DNA of 64,000 nucleotides, taken from assembly GCA_039584685.1 (NCBI GenBank), contig JBDGXI010000001.1, forward strand, positions 15,239-79,238, given 5' to 3'. A program made the position numbers and the translations under genes. Numbering within the stretch: the stretch's first letter is position 1; the number at the start of each line of letters is the position of its first letter. Below, one piece after another: positions 1 to 8,928 of the stretch. Source of the stretch: Gemmatimonadota bacterium (GTDB taxonomy: Bacteria > Gemmatimonadota > Gemmatimonadetes > Palauibacterales > Palauibacteraceae). The notes beneath the pieces were generated by a model. The model did no database searches and was not told where the DNA came from. It saw only the letters and a list, made by a program, of their open reading frames with translations.

Positions 1-2
1 AA

Positions 3-209
3 GCGATCGTGCCCTACCGGCTGCTGTTCGTCGCCGTGACGGCGGTAGCCGCAGTGGTCGAGCTGGACATCGTGTGGGCAGTGTCGCACGCGATGAACGG
101 CCTGATGGCATTGCCGAACCTGATCGGACTCCTGCTGCTGTCGGGGATCGTGCTGCGCGAAACGCGCTCGTATTTCAGCCGTTTCGGGAAAGAGCCTCCG
201 CGGACCTGA
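3..209 (+). CDS. C-terminal fragment of an alanine/glycine:cation symporter (AlsT/AgcS family), 5' end outside the window
   Basis: YRLLF...GAV-like segment, LDIVWAVSHAMNGLMALPNLIGLLLLS matches the family's terminal (D/N)xxNGLMAxPNL motif. Confidence 0.85.
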   Translation, partial: AIVPYRLLFVAVTAVAAVVELDIVWAVSHAMNGLMALPNLIGLLLLSGIVLRETRSYFSRFGKEPPRT

Positions 210-240
210 CCTGTCCGCGGAGAACCGTGGCAGACCGGTA

Positions 241-561
241 TCAGCCCTCGAACGCCCGGTAGTGTCCCAGGTCGAAGGCCCTGATACACAGCATGTCCCG
301 GGACCGGAACCCTATCGTGTCGAGGCTGGCACCCTCGTCCGGGACCTTCCGCTCTGCGTACTCGACATAGAAGTCTGCCGGGTCATCCGTCTCCCGCAGG
401 AGCATGGCCCGCAGCCCCATCCGCTTCGCGTCTCCCACGGTCGTCTCCGTCGGAAGCTCCACCACGTGTTCCAGCCAACGGTCGGGCATAGCCAACCGCA
501 CTGTGACCGTGCCGGCAGAGCCCACGGGCCCTGCGGTGTCTCCGGAGGCCGCCTCACTCAT
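241..561 (-). CDS. Small hypothetical protein (106 aa), probable ubiquitin-like beta-grasp fold (YukD/EsaB-like)
   Basis: ATG at 561 overlaps the stop of the upstream ORF (ATGA, 558-561). Pattern VTVRLAMP..VVELPTETTVGDAKRMGL..FYVEYAERKVPDEGASLDTIGFRSRDMLCI follows the Ubl beta-beta-alpha-beta-beta-beta layout; fold is inferred. Confidence 0.6.
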   Translation of the reverse strand: MSEAASGDTAGPVGSAGTVTVRLAMPDRWLEHVVELPTETTVGDAKRMGLRAMLLRETDDPADFYVEYAERKVPDEGASLDTIGFRSRDMLCIRAFDLGHYRAFEG

Positions 562-818
562 ACGTGCTCCAACGTGTACAGGAACCGTTTCGTGATGTCC
601 GTGACGTCGAGTCCGACGACCCGGTCGGTCTCGGCGTGCACGTTCGTGTGCCCGTGCTCCCGGTCGACCCGGATCGCCGCAGTCCCGATGTCGCCCTCGA
701 AACGCACCGTGTCCGCCGTCTCGTCGGCGACCTCGAGGCGCGTGTGGGCGGCGAAGAACTCCCTGGCCCGACGGATTACATCTTCCGGCGAAACGTAGGT
801 CATGACGAGGTATCGCAT
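558..818 (-). CDS. Hypothetical protein (86 aa, alpha/beta)
   Basis: Natural amino-acid composition, amphipathic helices and strands, coupled to the downstream ORF by a 4-nt overlap. Confidence 0.7.
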   Translation of the reverse strand: MRYLVMTYVSPEDVIRRAREFFAAHTRLEVADETADTVRFEGDIGTAAIRVDREHGHTNVHAETDRVVGLDVTDITKRFLYTLEHV

Positions 819-1035
819 CGAGCAGGCTCGCTGGTAAATGGACCGGGTCCGTCCTTGCCCGGCGCGGCGCCCGTGCCGACCGGAGCGTCAACTTCGGACT
901 ACCCGCCGGCCCCGTCAACCTCGAGAGGCGGCTGTCCCGAAGCGGCTTGCCCGACGGCCTGTACCGCAGGATCTTGCGCGGATCCACTGCGTCCGGACGA
1001 CGCCCGGGCGAACCCCCGATCCAGTTGAAGTCAGG

Positions 1036-2157
1036 ATGAGACAATCCACGGAGTTCGGTCGATTCTTCCTTCCCGGTCCCACCGAGGTCCGCCCGGAAGT
1101 GCTCGCGGCGATGGTCCGACCCGTGATCGGACATCGGGGGCCGGACATGGAGAGACTCCTCGGTGGCGTGGACGCGGCGCTCCGCCTGCTGTTTCGCACC
1201 ACGCGGCCCGTGTACGTCTCGACATCGTCCGCCACCGGGTTCATGGAAGCAGCGATCACCAACCTGAGCCGGCGCAGAATCCTCTGCCTGGTGGGCGGGG
1301 CCTTCGGAGGCCGGTTTCATCAGATAGCGCAGCGCTGTGGCCGCCCGGCGGACACCCTCGACGTGGAGTGGGGCAGCCCGCACACGCCGGAGCTCCTGCG
1401 GCGCACGCTGGAGGCCGATCCGGGCAGGTACGACCTCGTGACAGTGGTCCACTCCGAGACGTCGACCGGAGTGCTCAACCCCGTGGGCGAACTGTCGGCC
1501 GTCGCCCGGGCCTACGAGGACGTGCTCATCGCGGTGGATGGCGTGACGTCCGTGGGCGGCGCCCCGGTCGAGTTCGATGAATGGGATCTCGATTTCCTGT
1601 TGACGGGCTCGCAGAAGGCGCTGGCTCTTCCCCCGGGCCTGGCTCTGGCGGCGGCCTCCCCCCGGGCATTGCAGCGGGCGGACGAGATCGAGGCTCGGAG
1701 CTACTACTTCGACCTGCTCGAGTTCGAGCGCCGGGCCCCGGAGTTCCAGACGACGAACACACCGGCCGTCAACCTGTTCTACGCCCTCGAACTGCAGCTC
1801 GAACGAATCATGAGCGAGGGGCTGGAGAACCGCTGGGCCCGGCATCGGGAGATGGCCGAGCGGACGTGGGCCTGGGTGGACGACCTGGCGGCTCGCACTG
1901 GCCGAGAGTTCTCCGTGCTGGCGTCCAGGGACTATCGCTCCCCGACCGTGACCTCGGTGGTACTTCCAGATGGATTGTCAGGCCCGGGGATCGTCGCGGG
2001 TGCGGCCACCCACGGCTTCACCCTTGCCCCTGGTTACGGGAAACTGAAGCCTTCGACCATCAGGATCGGTCATATGGGCGATCATACGTTGGCCGAGCTT
2101 AACGACTTGCTCGCGGTTCTGGACGACGTAATCGCGGACGGAATGGACGCATCGTGA
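1036..2157 (+). CDS. Class V PLP-dependent aminotransferase (alanine-glyoxylate/serine-pyruvate/phosphoserine aminotransferase type)
   Basis: FLPGPTEV N-terminal motif, VHSETSTG, VDGVTS, PLP lysine in TGSQKAL, IRIGHMG; start at ATG 1036 inside the longer ORF. Confidence 0.92.
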   Translation: MRQSTEFGRFFLPGPTEVRPEVLAAMVRPVIGHRGPDMERLLGGVDAALRLLFRTTRPVYVSTSSATGFMEAAITNLSRRRILCLVGGAFGGRFHQIAQRCGRPADTLDVEWGSPHTPELLRRTLEADPGRYDLVTVVHSETSTGVLNPVGELSAVARAYEDVLIAVDGVTSVGGAPVEFDEWDLDFLLTGSQKALALPPGLALAAASPRALQRADEIEARSYYFDLLEFERRAPEFQTTNTPAVNLFYALELQLERIMSEGLENRWARHREMAERTWAWVDDLAARTGREFSVLASRDYRSPTVTSVVLPDGLSGPGIVAGAATHGFTLAPGYGKLKPSTIRIGHMGDHTLAELNDLLAVLDDVIADGMDAS

Positions 2158-3755
2158 TGACTGACAAACCGAGAGTGGTGCTGGCGGATTCTCTCGCCGC
2201 GGAGGGCGTGGCGATCCTCGAGGCCGACCGCCGCCTGCAGGTGGACGACTATTCGGCTCGAAGTCGGGCGGAGCTCGAGCTGGGGATCCCCGGGGCGACC
2301 GGGCTGATCGTGCGAAGCGGAACGCAGGCCGATGCCGCGCTGATAACGGCGGGCGACAGCCTCAAGGTCGTGGGGCGCGCCGGCGTCGGGCTGGACAACA
2401 TAGACGTAGATGCGGCAACCCGAAGGGGTGTCGCCGTGATGAACGCTCCGGCGGGAAATACGGTTTCGACGGCCGAGCTGGCCTTCGCTCTGCTGTTGTC
2501 GGCGGCCCGGCGCATCCCCGCGGCGGATCGATCGCTGCGCGCCGGAAAGTGGGACCGCAAGGCCTTCCGGGGTGCGCAGCTGTCCGGAAAGACGCTCGGC
2601 GTCATCGGCGCCGGCCGGATCGGTGCCGAGGTCATCCAGCGCGCGCGGGCGTTCGGGATGAAGGTCATGGTGGCAGATCCGTACATGACCGAGGAGCGGG
2701 CCCACGACCTGTATGTGGAGCTCGTGGAGCTGGACGACATGCTTCCCCGGGTGGATTTCCTGACCCTGCACGTTCCGCTGACAAGGGAGACGGAGGGCCT
2801 GCTCGACGCGGAGCGAATCGGACGCCTTCAGCCCCACGCAGTGCTGGTGAACGCCGCTCGCGGCGGGATCCTGGACGAAACGGCGCTGGCGGCCGCTCTC
2901 CAGGAAGAGCGGCTGGCCGCCGCGGCGCTGGACGTTTACGCTGAGGAACCCCTGCCACCCGACCATCCCCTGCGGGATGCTCCCAACCTGGTGCTCACGC
3001 CTCACCTGGGGGCTGCGACCCACGATGCCCAGCGGGAAGTGGCGATTGAAATCGCGGCGGCGGTCAGGGCCGCTCTGCTGGACGGCGACTACAGCGCAGC
3101 CGTCAACATGCCGCCGTACGACCGGGGTGACAGGGATCGCCTGCGGCCGGTGCTCGATCTGGCGGAACGGTTGGGCTCGGTACTGGGTGAAGTGATTCAG
3201 GGCGGCGTCGGCGAGGTCTCCGTCCGATACGGTGGCGAGGTGCAGCGCGGGCTCAGGCTCATTTCATCCGCGGTCCTCCTGGGGCTGTGGAAGGTGCGCC
3301 TCGATACGTCCATAAATCTGATCAACGCCCTGCCTCTGGCCAGGGAACGCGGGATCTCGGTATCACGAGCCCGTGTCGGTGAGATTACGGGCTACCGGGG
3401 AACCCTCGAAGTGACCGCCCGGTCCGGGGACGAGTCGCACGTGGTGACAGGCGGAGTCGCAGCGGATGGGCACCTGCGGCTCCGCCGCATCGACGGATAT
3501 CGCGTGGAAGTGGAGCCGCGCGGCTACCTGCTGATCTTCCAGAATCGGGACGAGCCCGGAGTAGTGGGCGAGGTCGGAACGCGTCTCGGGGCTGCGGGCG
3601 TGAACATCGCCGAGTTCCACCAGGCTCGGGATCCGAGCACCGGCGACTCGCTGGCCGTGCTGTCCCTGGACCAGCGGCCAGGCCCGGATCTGCTGGCAGA
3701 TCTGCGGTCACTGCCGCCGATCCTGTGGGCGCGAGGCGTCAGATTGGACAGCTGA
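2154..3755 (+). CDS. serA: D-3-phosphoglycerate dehydrogenase (long form with ASB and ACT domains)
   Basis: VVGRAGVGLDNID, GVIGAGRIG, VNAARGG, TPHLGA, C-terminal ACT domain (NRDEPGVVG...GVNIAEF). Confidence 0.95.
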   Translation: MMTDKPRVVLADSLAAEGVAILEADRRLQVDDYSARSRAELELGIPGATGLIVRSGTQADAALITAGDSLKVVGRAGVGLDNIDVDAATRRGVAVMNAPAGNTVSTAELAFALLLSAARRIPAADRSLRAGKWDRKAFRGAQLSGKTLGVIGAGRIGAEVIQRARAFGMKVMVADPYMTEERAHDLYVELVELDDMLPRVDFLTLHVPLTRETEGLLDAERIGRLQPHAVLVNAARGGILDETALAAALQEERLAAAALDVYAEEPLPPDHPLRDAPNLVLTPHLGAATHDAQREVAIEIAAAVRAALLDGDYSAAVNMPPYDRGDRDRLRPVLDLAERLGSVLGEVIQGGVGEVSVRYGGEVQRGLRLISSAVLLGLWKVRLDTSINLINALPLARERGISVSRARVGEITGYRGTLEVTARSGDESHVVTGGVAADGHLRLRRIDGYRVEVEPRGYLLIFQNRDEPGVVGEVGTRLGAAGVNIAEFHQARDPSTGDSLAVLSLDQRPGPDLLADLRSLPPILWARGVRLDS

Positions 3756-3765
3756 TCCAGCGGAT

Positions 3766-4998
3766 TCAGTACGTAGGCAGCGAGGGGTCGATCCTTCGCG
3801 CCCACTCGTTGATCCCACCGCGCAGATTAAGGGCCCGCTCGAATCCGACGGACGCCAGCTGCTTCACCGCAATAGCACTCCGGTGTCCCGTCCGACAGTA
3901 GACCACCAGGTCTTCATCCGGGTCGAGATCCGCCAGGACCTCCTGCAGTCGGCCCAGGGGTACCAGCCTGGCTCCGTAGGGTCCCAGGTTGCTGATGCGC
4001 CACTCGTGGGTCTCCCGCACGTCCAGGATCGCAGGGGCACGCCCCGATCCGAGGCGCGCCCGCAGCTCCTCGACATCGATCTCTGCCACCTGCGGACGCT
4101 CGAGAGGGGCGGCGAGCGGTGCCGTTGCACCTCCGCAGAATTCCTCGTAGTCGATCAGGGACGTGATCGATGGAGCGTCGCCACACACTGCGCAGTCCGG
4201 GTCCCGCCGGAGTTCGACTTCCCGGAATTCCATCGGCAGCGTATCCACGAGGAGCAGCCGTCCCGCCATCGGATCACCCACCCCGAGAACGAGCTTGATC
4301 GCCTCGGTCGCCTGGATCGTGCCGACGAGCCCGGGAAGGACTCCCAGCACACCCGCTTCCGCGCAGGTCGGCACCGCGTCGGGCGGAGGCGGATCGCGGA
4401 ACAGGCAGCGGTAGCAAGGCCCCCCCGGATGGGCGAATACGGACACCTGGCCCTCGAACCGGAAGATCGCGCCATACACGAAGGGGATCCCGAGCAGCAC
4501 GCAGGCATCGTTGACGAGATAACGGGTGGGAAAGTTGTCGCTTCCATCCACCACCACATCCCAGCCCTCCATGATGCCCAGCGCGTTGCTCGAGTCCAGG
4601 CGGACCGGATGCTCTTCGACCTCGACGTCCGGGTTGATCCGGGCGATTCGCCGGTGCGCCGATTCGGTCTTCGACCGGCCGACGGACGGCGTGTCGTGCA
4701 GCACCTGCCTCTGCAGGTTGCTGAGCTCGACCACGTCGGGGTCCACGATACCGAGCCGGCCGACGCCCACCGCCGCCAGGTACAGGGCGGCGGGAGAGCC
4801 GAGCCCGCCGGCACCCACCAGGAGAATCGAGGCGCTCTTGAGCCTCTCCTGCCCCTCGAGTCCCACCTGGGGCAGGATGATCTGGCGGTGATAGCGGAGT
4901 GTTTCCTCCGGGGTCAGGCCCACCGGGTCCCTTTCGTTCGGTCTTCCGATTCGTGCCGGCTCCGGCGCGTCCGAGCGGGCGGCTCCTTCGGTGAGCAC
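3766..4998 (-). CDS. moeB: E1-like adenylyltransferase/sulfurtransferase with C-terminal rhodanese domain (MoeB/MoeZ type)
   Basis: RYHRQIIL, VGAGGLG, SNLQRQ, CYRC and CAVC zinc ligands, rhodanese VYCRTGHRS. Confidence 0.93.
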   Translation of the reverse strand: MLTEGAARSDAPEPARIGRPNERDPVGLTPEETLRYHRQIILPQVGLEGQERLKSASILLVGAGGLGSPAALYLAAVGVGRLGIVDPDVVELSNLQRQVLHDTPSVGRSKTESAHRRIARINPDVEVEEHPVRLDSSNALGIMEGWDVVVDGSDNFPTRYLVNDACVLLGIPFVYGAIFRFEGQVSVFAHPGGPCYRCLFRDPPPPDAVPTCAEAGVLGVLPGLVGTIQATEAIKLVLGVGDPMAGRLLLVDTLPMEFREVELRRDPDCAVCGDAPSITSLIDYEEFCGGATAPLAAPLERPQVAEIDVEELRARLGSGRAPAILDVRETHEWRISNLGPYGARLVPLGRLQEVLADLDPDEDLVVYCRTGHRSAIAVKQLASVGFERALNLRGGINEWARRIDPSLPTY

Positions 4999-5307
4999 CT
5001 AGCCGCCCGCAACCGAAGGAACGATCGTCAGGATGGAGCCAGGACCAACCTCGCAACGGTCGGCCTCCAGGTGCCGAAGCTCCGTCCCGTTAACGAATAC
5101 GTTGATGAATCCCCGCACCCGCCCGTCGTCGGCGAACAGGCGTCCGGCCAGCAGAGGCTCCGTCTCCCGGATCAGATCCAGCACCTCGTCCACCGTGCCG
5201 GCTTCGAGCCGGATCTCCTCCCGTCCCCCCGTGAGCTCGCGCAGGGAAGCGGGTACCCGTACCGTCACCGCCGAACGGCCCGCTCCGTCCCGGATCGGTT
5301 CACACAT
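4999..5307 (-). CDS. MoaD/ThiS-family ubiquitin-like sulfur carrier
   Basis: VTVRVPASLRELTGG..INVFVNG..LTIVPSVAGG with C-terminal Gly-Gly; adjacent to moeB; exact start uncertain. Confidence 0.9.
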   Translation of the reverse strand: MCEPIRDGAGRSAVTVRVPASLRELTGGREEIRLEAGTVDEVLDLIRETEPLLAGRLFADDGRVRGFINVFVNGTELRHLEADRCEVGPGSILTIVPSVAGG

Positions 5308-5974
5308 CCACGGCCAGAGCGCGCTGAAGGGCACCGTAGTTCTCGGCGACCGTTCCCTCTCCGCGGAACACCGACGAGCCCGCGACCAGGACATCGGCTC
5401 CGGCTTCGGCCGCCCGGCGGGCGTTAGAGAGACCGATGCCACCGTCCACCTGCACGTGTAGCGACTCGATTCCCATTTCCACCTGCATTCGACGCACCTG
5501 GCGCACCTTGTCCAGGACCTCCGGAATGAATGCCTGACCGCCGAATCCCGGATTGACCGTCATGCACAGCACCAGATCGATCGCCGGCAGCACCTCTCGC
5601 AGCGTCTCGGCCTGAGTGGACGGGTTGAGGGCCACGCCCACCCGGCAGCCGAGGCGACGGATCTCGTGGATGTCCCGGTGCAGGTGGGGCGCCACCTCCT
5701 GGTGGATGCTGATCAGGTCTGCTCCGGCCCCGGCGAATGCCTCCAGGAAGGACTCTGGATTGTCGATCATGAGGTGGACGTCCATGAACGAGTCCGAGAC
5801 GGCGCGCAGAGACTCGAGGACCGGGATACCGATAGAAAGGTTGGGCACGAAGTGCCCGTCCATGACGTCCACGTGAAACCAATTCGCCCCCGCCTCCTCG
5901 GCCTCCCGGACCTGCTCGCCCAGTCGCGCGTAGTCGGCGGCGAGGATCGACGGTGCCAGCACGAGCCCGGCCAT
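5300..5974 (-). CDS. rpe: Ribulose-phosphate 3-epimerase
   Basis: LAPSILAAD, HVDVMDGHFVPNL, DVHLMI, MTVNPGFGGQ, VDGGI. Confidence 0.97.
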   Translation of the reverse strand: MAGLVLAPSILAADYARLGEQVREAEEAGANWFHVDVMDGHFVPNLSIGIPVLESLRAVSDSFMDVHLMIDNPESFLEAFAGAGADLISIHQEVAPHLHRDIHEIRRLGCRVGVALNPSTQAETLREVLPAIDLVLCMTVNPGFGGQAFIPEVLDKVRQVRRMQVEMGIESLHVQVDGGIGLSNARRAAEAGADVLVAGSSVFRGEGTVAENYGALQRALAVDV

Positions 5975-7200
5975 CAGATGACCCCCAGCCGCTTACCGAC
6001 CTTGTCGAGGGCGGCAATGGCGCGGTCGAGATGTTCGATCTCGTGCGCGGCTGAGACCTGACATCGAATGCGGGCTTCACCCCTGGGGACGACCGGAAAC
6101 CCGAACCCGATCACGAACACGCCCTCGTCCAGCAGCTCACGGCTCAGACGCATGGCGGCGGCCGTCTCGCCGATGACGACCGGGACAATCGGTGTGTCGC
6201 CCTCGATGGGATCGAACCCGAGACCGATCAGGTTGCGTCGGAAGTAGTCGGTGTTGTCGCGCAGTTTCTGGACACGCTCGGGGTGCGTTTCGAGATAGTC
6301 GATCGCGGCCAGGGCGCCACACGCGGAATGGGGCGGAATCGCGTTCGTGAACAGCTGCGTCCTGGATCGCTGCACGAGGTAGTCCACAACCGGCCGGCTG
6401 CTGGCCGTGAAGCCGCCGGCCATTCCTCCCAGCGCCTTGCCGAGGGTGGAGGTGATGATGTCCACCTCGCCATGCATGCCGAAGTGCTCGGGTGTGCCCC
6501 GGCCCGTATCGCCCAGGACGCCTGTCGCGTGCGAGTCATCGACGGTGAGCACCGCGTCGTATCGGTCGCACAGCTCACGGATCACGGGCAGGGGGGCGAT
6601 CTCGCCCTCCATGCTGAACACGCCGTCGGTCATCACCAGGCGGGTCCGCTTGTCCCGTGTCTTCCTGAGCGCATCCTCGAGAGCGTCCATGTCCATGTGC
6701 TTGTAGACGTGACGCTCGGCCTTGCACAGGCGGATCCCGTCGATGATCGAGGCATGGTTCAGCTCGTCGCTGATCAGCGCATCTTCGTCCGTGAGGAGCG
6801 GGGCGAACAGCCCCCCGTTCGCGTTCCAGCAGGACGTGTACGTGATCGAAGCCTCGGTCTCCAGGAAGTCCGCTATCCGGTCTTCCAGGTCCCGGTGAAC
6901 GTCCCAGGTCCCGCAGATGAAGCGGACCGAGGCGGTTCCGGCTCCGTACTTCGCGGCTCCCTCACGGACCGCTCCGACCACCTCGGGCACGTCGCACAGG
7001 CCGACGTAGTTGTTCGAGCACAGGTTGACAGTCTCCCCGTACTCCTCGAGATCGACCACCGCTCCCTGCATGCCCATGATATGCAGGAGGGTCTTGTATA
7101 CGCCCTGCTCCTGCATGTCTGCGAGCTCGCGGGCGAGCCTGCGATTGAGGCCTTCGTTCACGACGCTGCCGGAAACGTCCGCTTCCTTGTACAGGACCAT
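5974..7200 (-). CDS. kbl: Glycine C-acetyltransferase (2-amino-3-ketobutyrate CoA ligase)
   Basis: NLCSNNYVGL, GTASVRFICGT, LNHASIIDGIRL, VDDSHATG, STLGKALGG, FPVVPRGEARIRCQ; GGAGG RBS before ATG 7200. Confidence 0.92.
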   Translation of the reverse strand: MVLYKEADVSGSVVNEGLNRRLARELADMQEQGVYKTLLHIMGMQGAVVDLEEYGETVNLCSNNYVGLCDVPEVVGAVREGAAKYGAGTASVRFICGTWDVHRDLEDRIADFLETEASITYTSCWNANGGLFAPLLTDEDALISDELNHASIIDGIRLCKAERHVYKHMDMDALEDALRKTRDKRTRLVMTDGVFSMEGEIAPLPVIRELCDRYDAVLTVDDSHATGVLGDTGRGTPEHFGMHGEVDIITSTLGKALGGMAGGFTASSRPVVDYLVQRSRTQLFTNAIPPHSACGALAAIDYLETHPERVQKLRDNTDYFRRNLIGLGFDPIEGDTPIVPVVIGETAAAMRLSRELLDEGVFVIGFGFPVVPRGEARIRCQVSAAHEIEHLDRAIAALDKVGKRLGVI

Positions 7201-7217
7201 CTGATTCCTCCGCTGAG

Positions 7218-7880
7218 TCAATCCTGACTGTCGCTGTAGTAGTCCCCGATCCGGCGAGCGGTCACCCAGGCCGTATCGACCGTGATCACGGGCCGGGACC
7301 CGAAGGCTCCGCACAGGCTGAAACCGGAGAGATTCCCGATCACCTGTACCCGGCGCCCGCTGCCGACTTCGGCGCGGACCTCGGGGGGCGCGCCACGCAG
7401 GACGAACGGTCGCTGGTTACCGACCCACCCCGGACCAAACATCAGGCACCCGCCGGCTTCAGCCACCGTACCCTCGCCCCGGGCTCGCATCGACGAAAAC
7501 CGACCGGAATCGAGGGCCACGATGCTCCCGAACTCGAGTTCGCCGGCGGAGACACGATACCGGCCGGCGCTGTCGATTCGCAGAGGCCGGGCCTCGTAGA
7601 AAGCCACCGGACTGTCCGAGCACATCGTATCGTACACACTTCTTCGTCCGGAAAGCCTGATATCCGACCCGTCAAAGACGACCAGGGCCGTATCCAGACG
7701 GCCGCACGCATCCGGCGACACGGGTCCAGCGAATTCGAACGAAAACGCCTGTCCCACCACCACCGTGTCGGGGAACGCCGCCCACGTGATCACGGCAGCG
7801 CTCTCGGTCGGCTCACCGATCCGCCAGCACGCGGTGCTGAGAAGTGTGGCGATCAGAGCGATGGTCCCGGCACAGCGCAT
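7218..7880 (-). CDS. Hypothetical lipoprotein (220 aa)
   Basis: Hydrophobic signal ending in lipobox LSTA-C; beta-rich mature part with four further Cys; start at ATG 7880. Confidence 0.7.
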   Translation of the reverse strand: MRCAGTIALIATLLSTACWRIGEPTESAAVITWAAFPDTVVVGQAFSFEFAGPVSPDACGRLDTALVVFDGSDIRLSGRRSVYDTMCSDSPVAFYEARPLRIDSAGRYRVSAGELEFGSIVALDSGRFSSMRARGEGTVAEAGGCLMFGPGWVGNQRPFVLRGAPPEVRAEVGSGRRVQVIGNLSGFSLCGAFGSRPVITVDTAWVTARRIGDYYSDSQD

Positions 7881-8095
7881 GACACTTCCTGTCAGCCGTT
7901 GAAGGGAACCCTCTCGGGTGTGCGACCGGCGCACCACCGGAGACAGGTGGCGCAATCTGCTCTCGACATCCGGAGGCGGCAAGCGGGAACCTGTGGACCT
8001 CCGCAGAGTTAGAAACAGGTGCAAATCCCGGGCAAACGGTGCGCCGGGCGATCCGAGAGAACGCAGGAGACTCACCGGTGGGTGGGACGAGCCAC

Positions 8096-8812
8096 ATGGA
8101 CGAACCGCGGGGCAGCATACCGGTCGGAGACGGTCGCTTCCCGACCTCGGCGAGCGACAACGCCCGCCGTCACAGGCGGACGGCTGTGGTTGCGCTCGCC
8201 GTTTCTGCGGCCGTCCACGCCGCGGTGTTCCTGCTCTGGAAGACCGACCTGCAGCCCCTTCCGGAAACCGTCGCGGCCGGGCTGCGAATGGGTGACGCTT
8301 CCGCTGCGCCCGGAGGTGGGATTCTGCAGGCGATCGCCCTCGCGCCGCCGCGCGAGATAGTCGTTCCACCGCCCCCCGAAGAAGTGCCCGAGCTGGATGC
8401 CCCGGATGTCGAGGTACGGACACCTCCCGAGCCACGGCTTCAGGCGAGCTTTGCCGACATGCGCAGCGGCGTCTCGTTTCCGGGGCCCGGCGAGGGTCCG
8501 GGAAGACCCGACGGCGAGGGATTGGGCGATGGGGGAACGGAGGCCGAGGGGCGCTTCCGGGTCACGGCGCCGGAGCCCCGCGTCATAGTGCCGGAGTGGG
8601 ATCCGCCCGATGACATCAAGGGGATGCAGGTGCAGATCAGGGTCCTGGTGAGTGCGGAGGGCCGGGCTCTCGATGTAGAAATCAGGCCGCGGACGTCCAA
8701 CGCCGGCTTCAACCGGCGGCTCGTCGACACCTACATGCAGATGGACTACAAACCGGGCCGTCGCATGGGACGCGCGATCACGGCGCCGGCGGAGATCACT
8801 CTGATCTTCTGA
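8096..8812 (+). CDS. TonB-like energy transducer
   Basis: Single N-terminal TM helix with S-x3-H (VSAAVH), Pro-rich linker (VVPPPPEEVP), TonB_C-like C-terminus (VQIRVLVSAEG..DVEI..YKPG..G..I). Confidence 0.72.
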   Translation: MDEPRGSIPVGDGRFPTSASDNARRHRRTAVVALAVSAAVHAAVFLLWKTDLQPLPETVAAGLRMGDASAAPGGGILQAIALAPPREIVVPPPPEEVPELDAPDVEVRTPPEPRLQASFADMRSGVSFPGPGEGPGRPDGEGLGDGGTEAEGRFRVTAPEPRVIVPEWDPPDDIKGMQVQIRVLVSAEGRALDVEIRPRTSNAGFNRRLVDTYMQMDYKPGRRMGRAITAPAEITLIF

Positions 8813-8928
8813 GCCTTTGCGGAGACTCCCACCCTCCGTCACCCCCGTTTCGCCGACCCATCTCGCCCCGGCAGGTATACCGGATCTCATTTCCGCAGGG
8901 CAGCGGGCCTCCCTATATTGCGTCGCCC

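Noticed and set aside
886-923. Direct repeat CGTCAAC(T/C)TCG twice in the divergent promoter region
   Set aside because: Two short copies in GC-rich DNA with no matching -10 at proper spacing; too weak to call
241-1845. 534-aa minus-strand ORF, and other upstream-extended ORF calls (838, 14529, 27552, 29342, 30481, 32840, 46490, 50012)
   Set aside because: Only the distal part is protein-like; true starts were reassigned using RBS position, 4-nt overlaps and family N-termini
8021-8095. GGGCAAAC...GGGACG resembling a c-di-GMP-I riboswitch upstream of tonB
   Set aside because: Spacing is far too long, and the GAAA tetraloop stem and GCAAAG segment are missing
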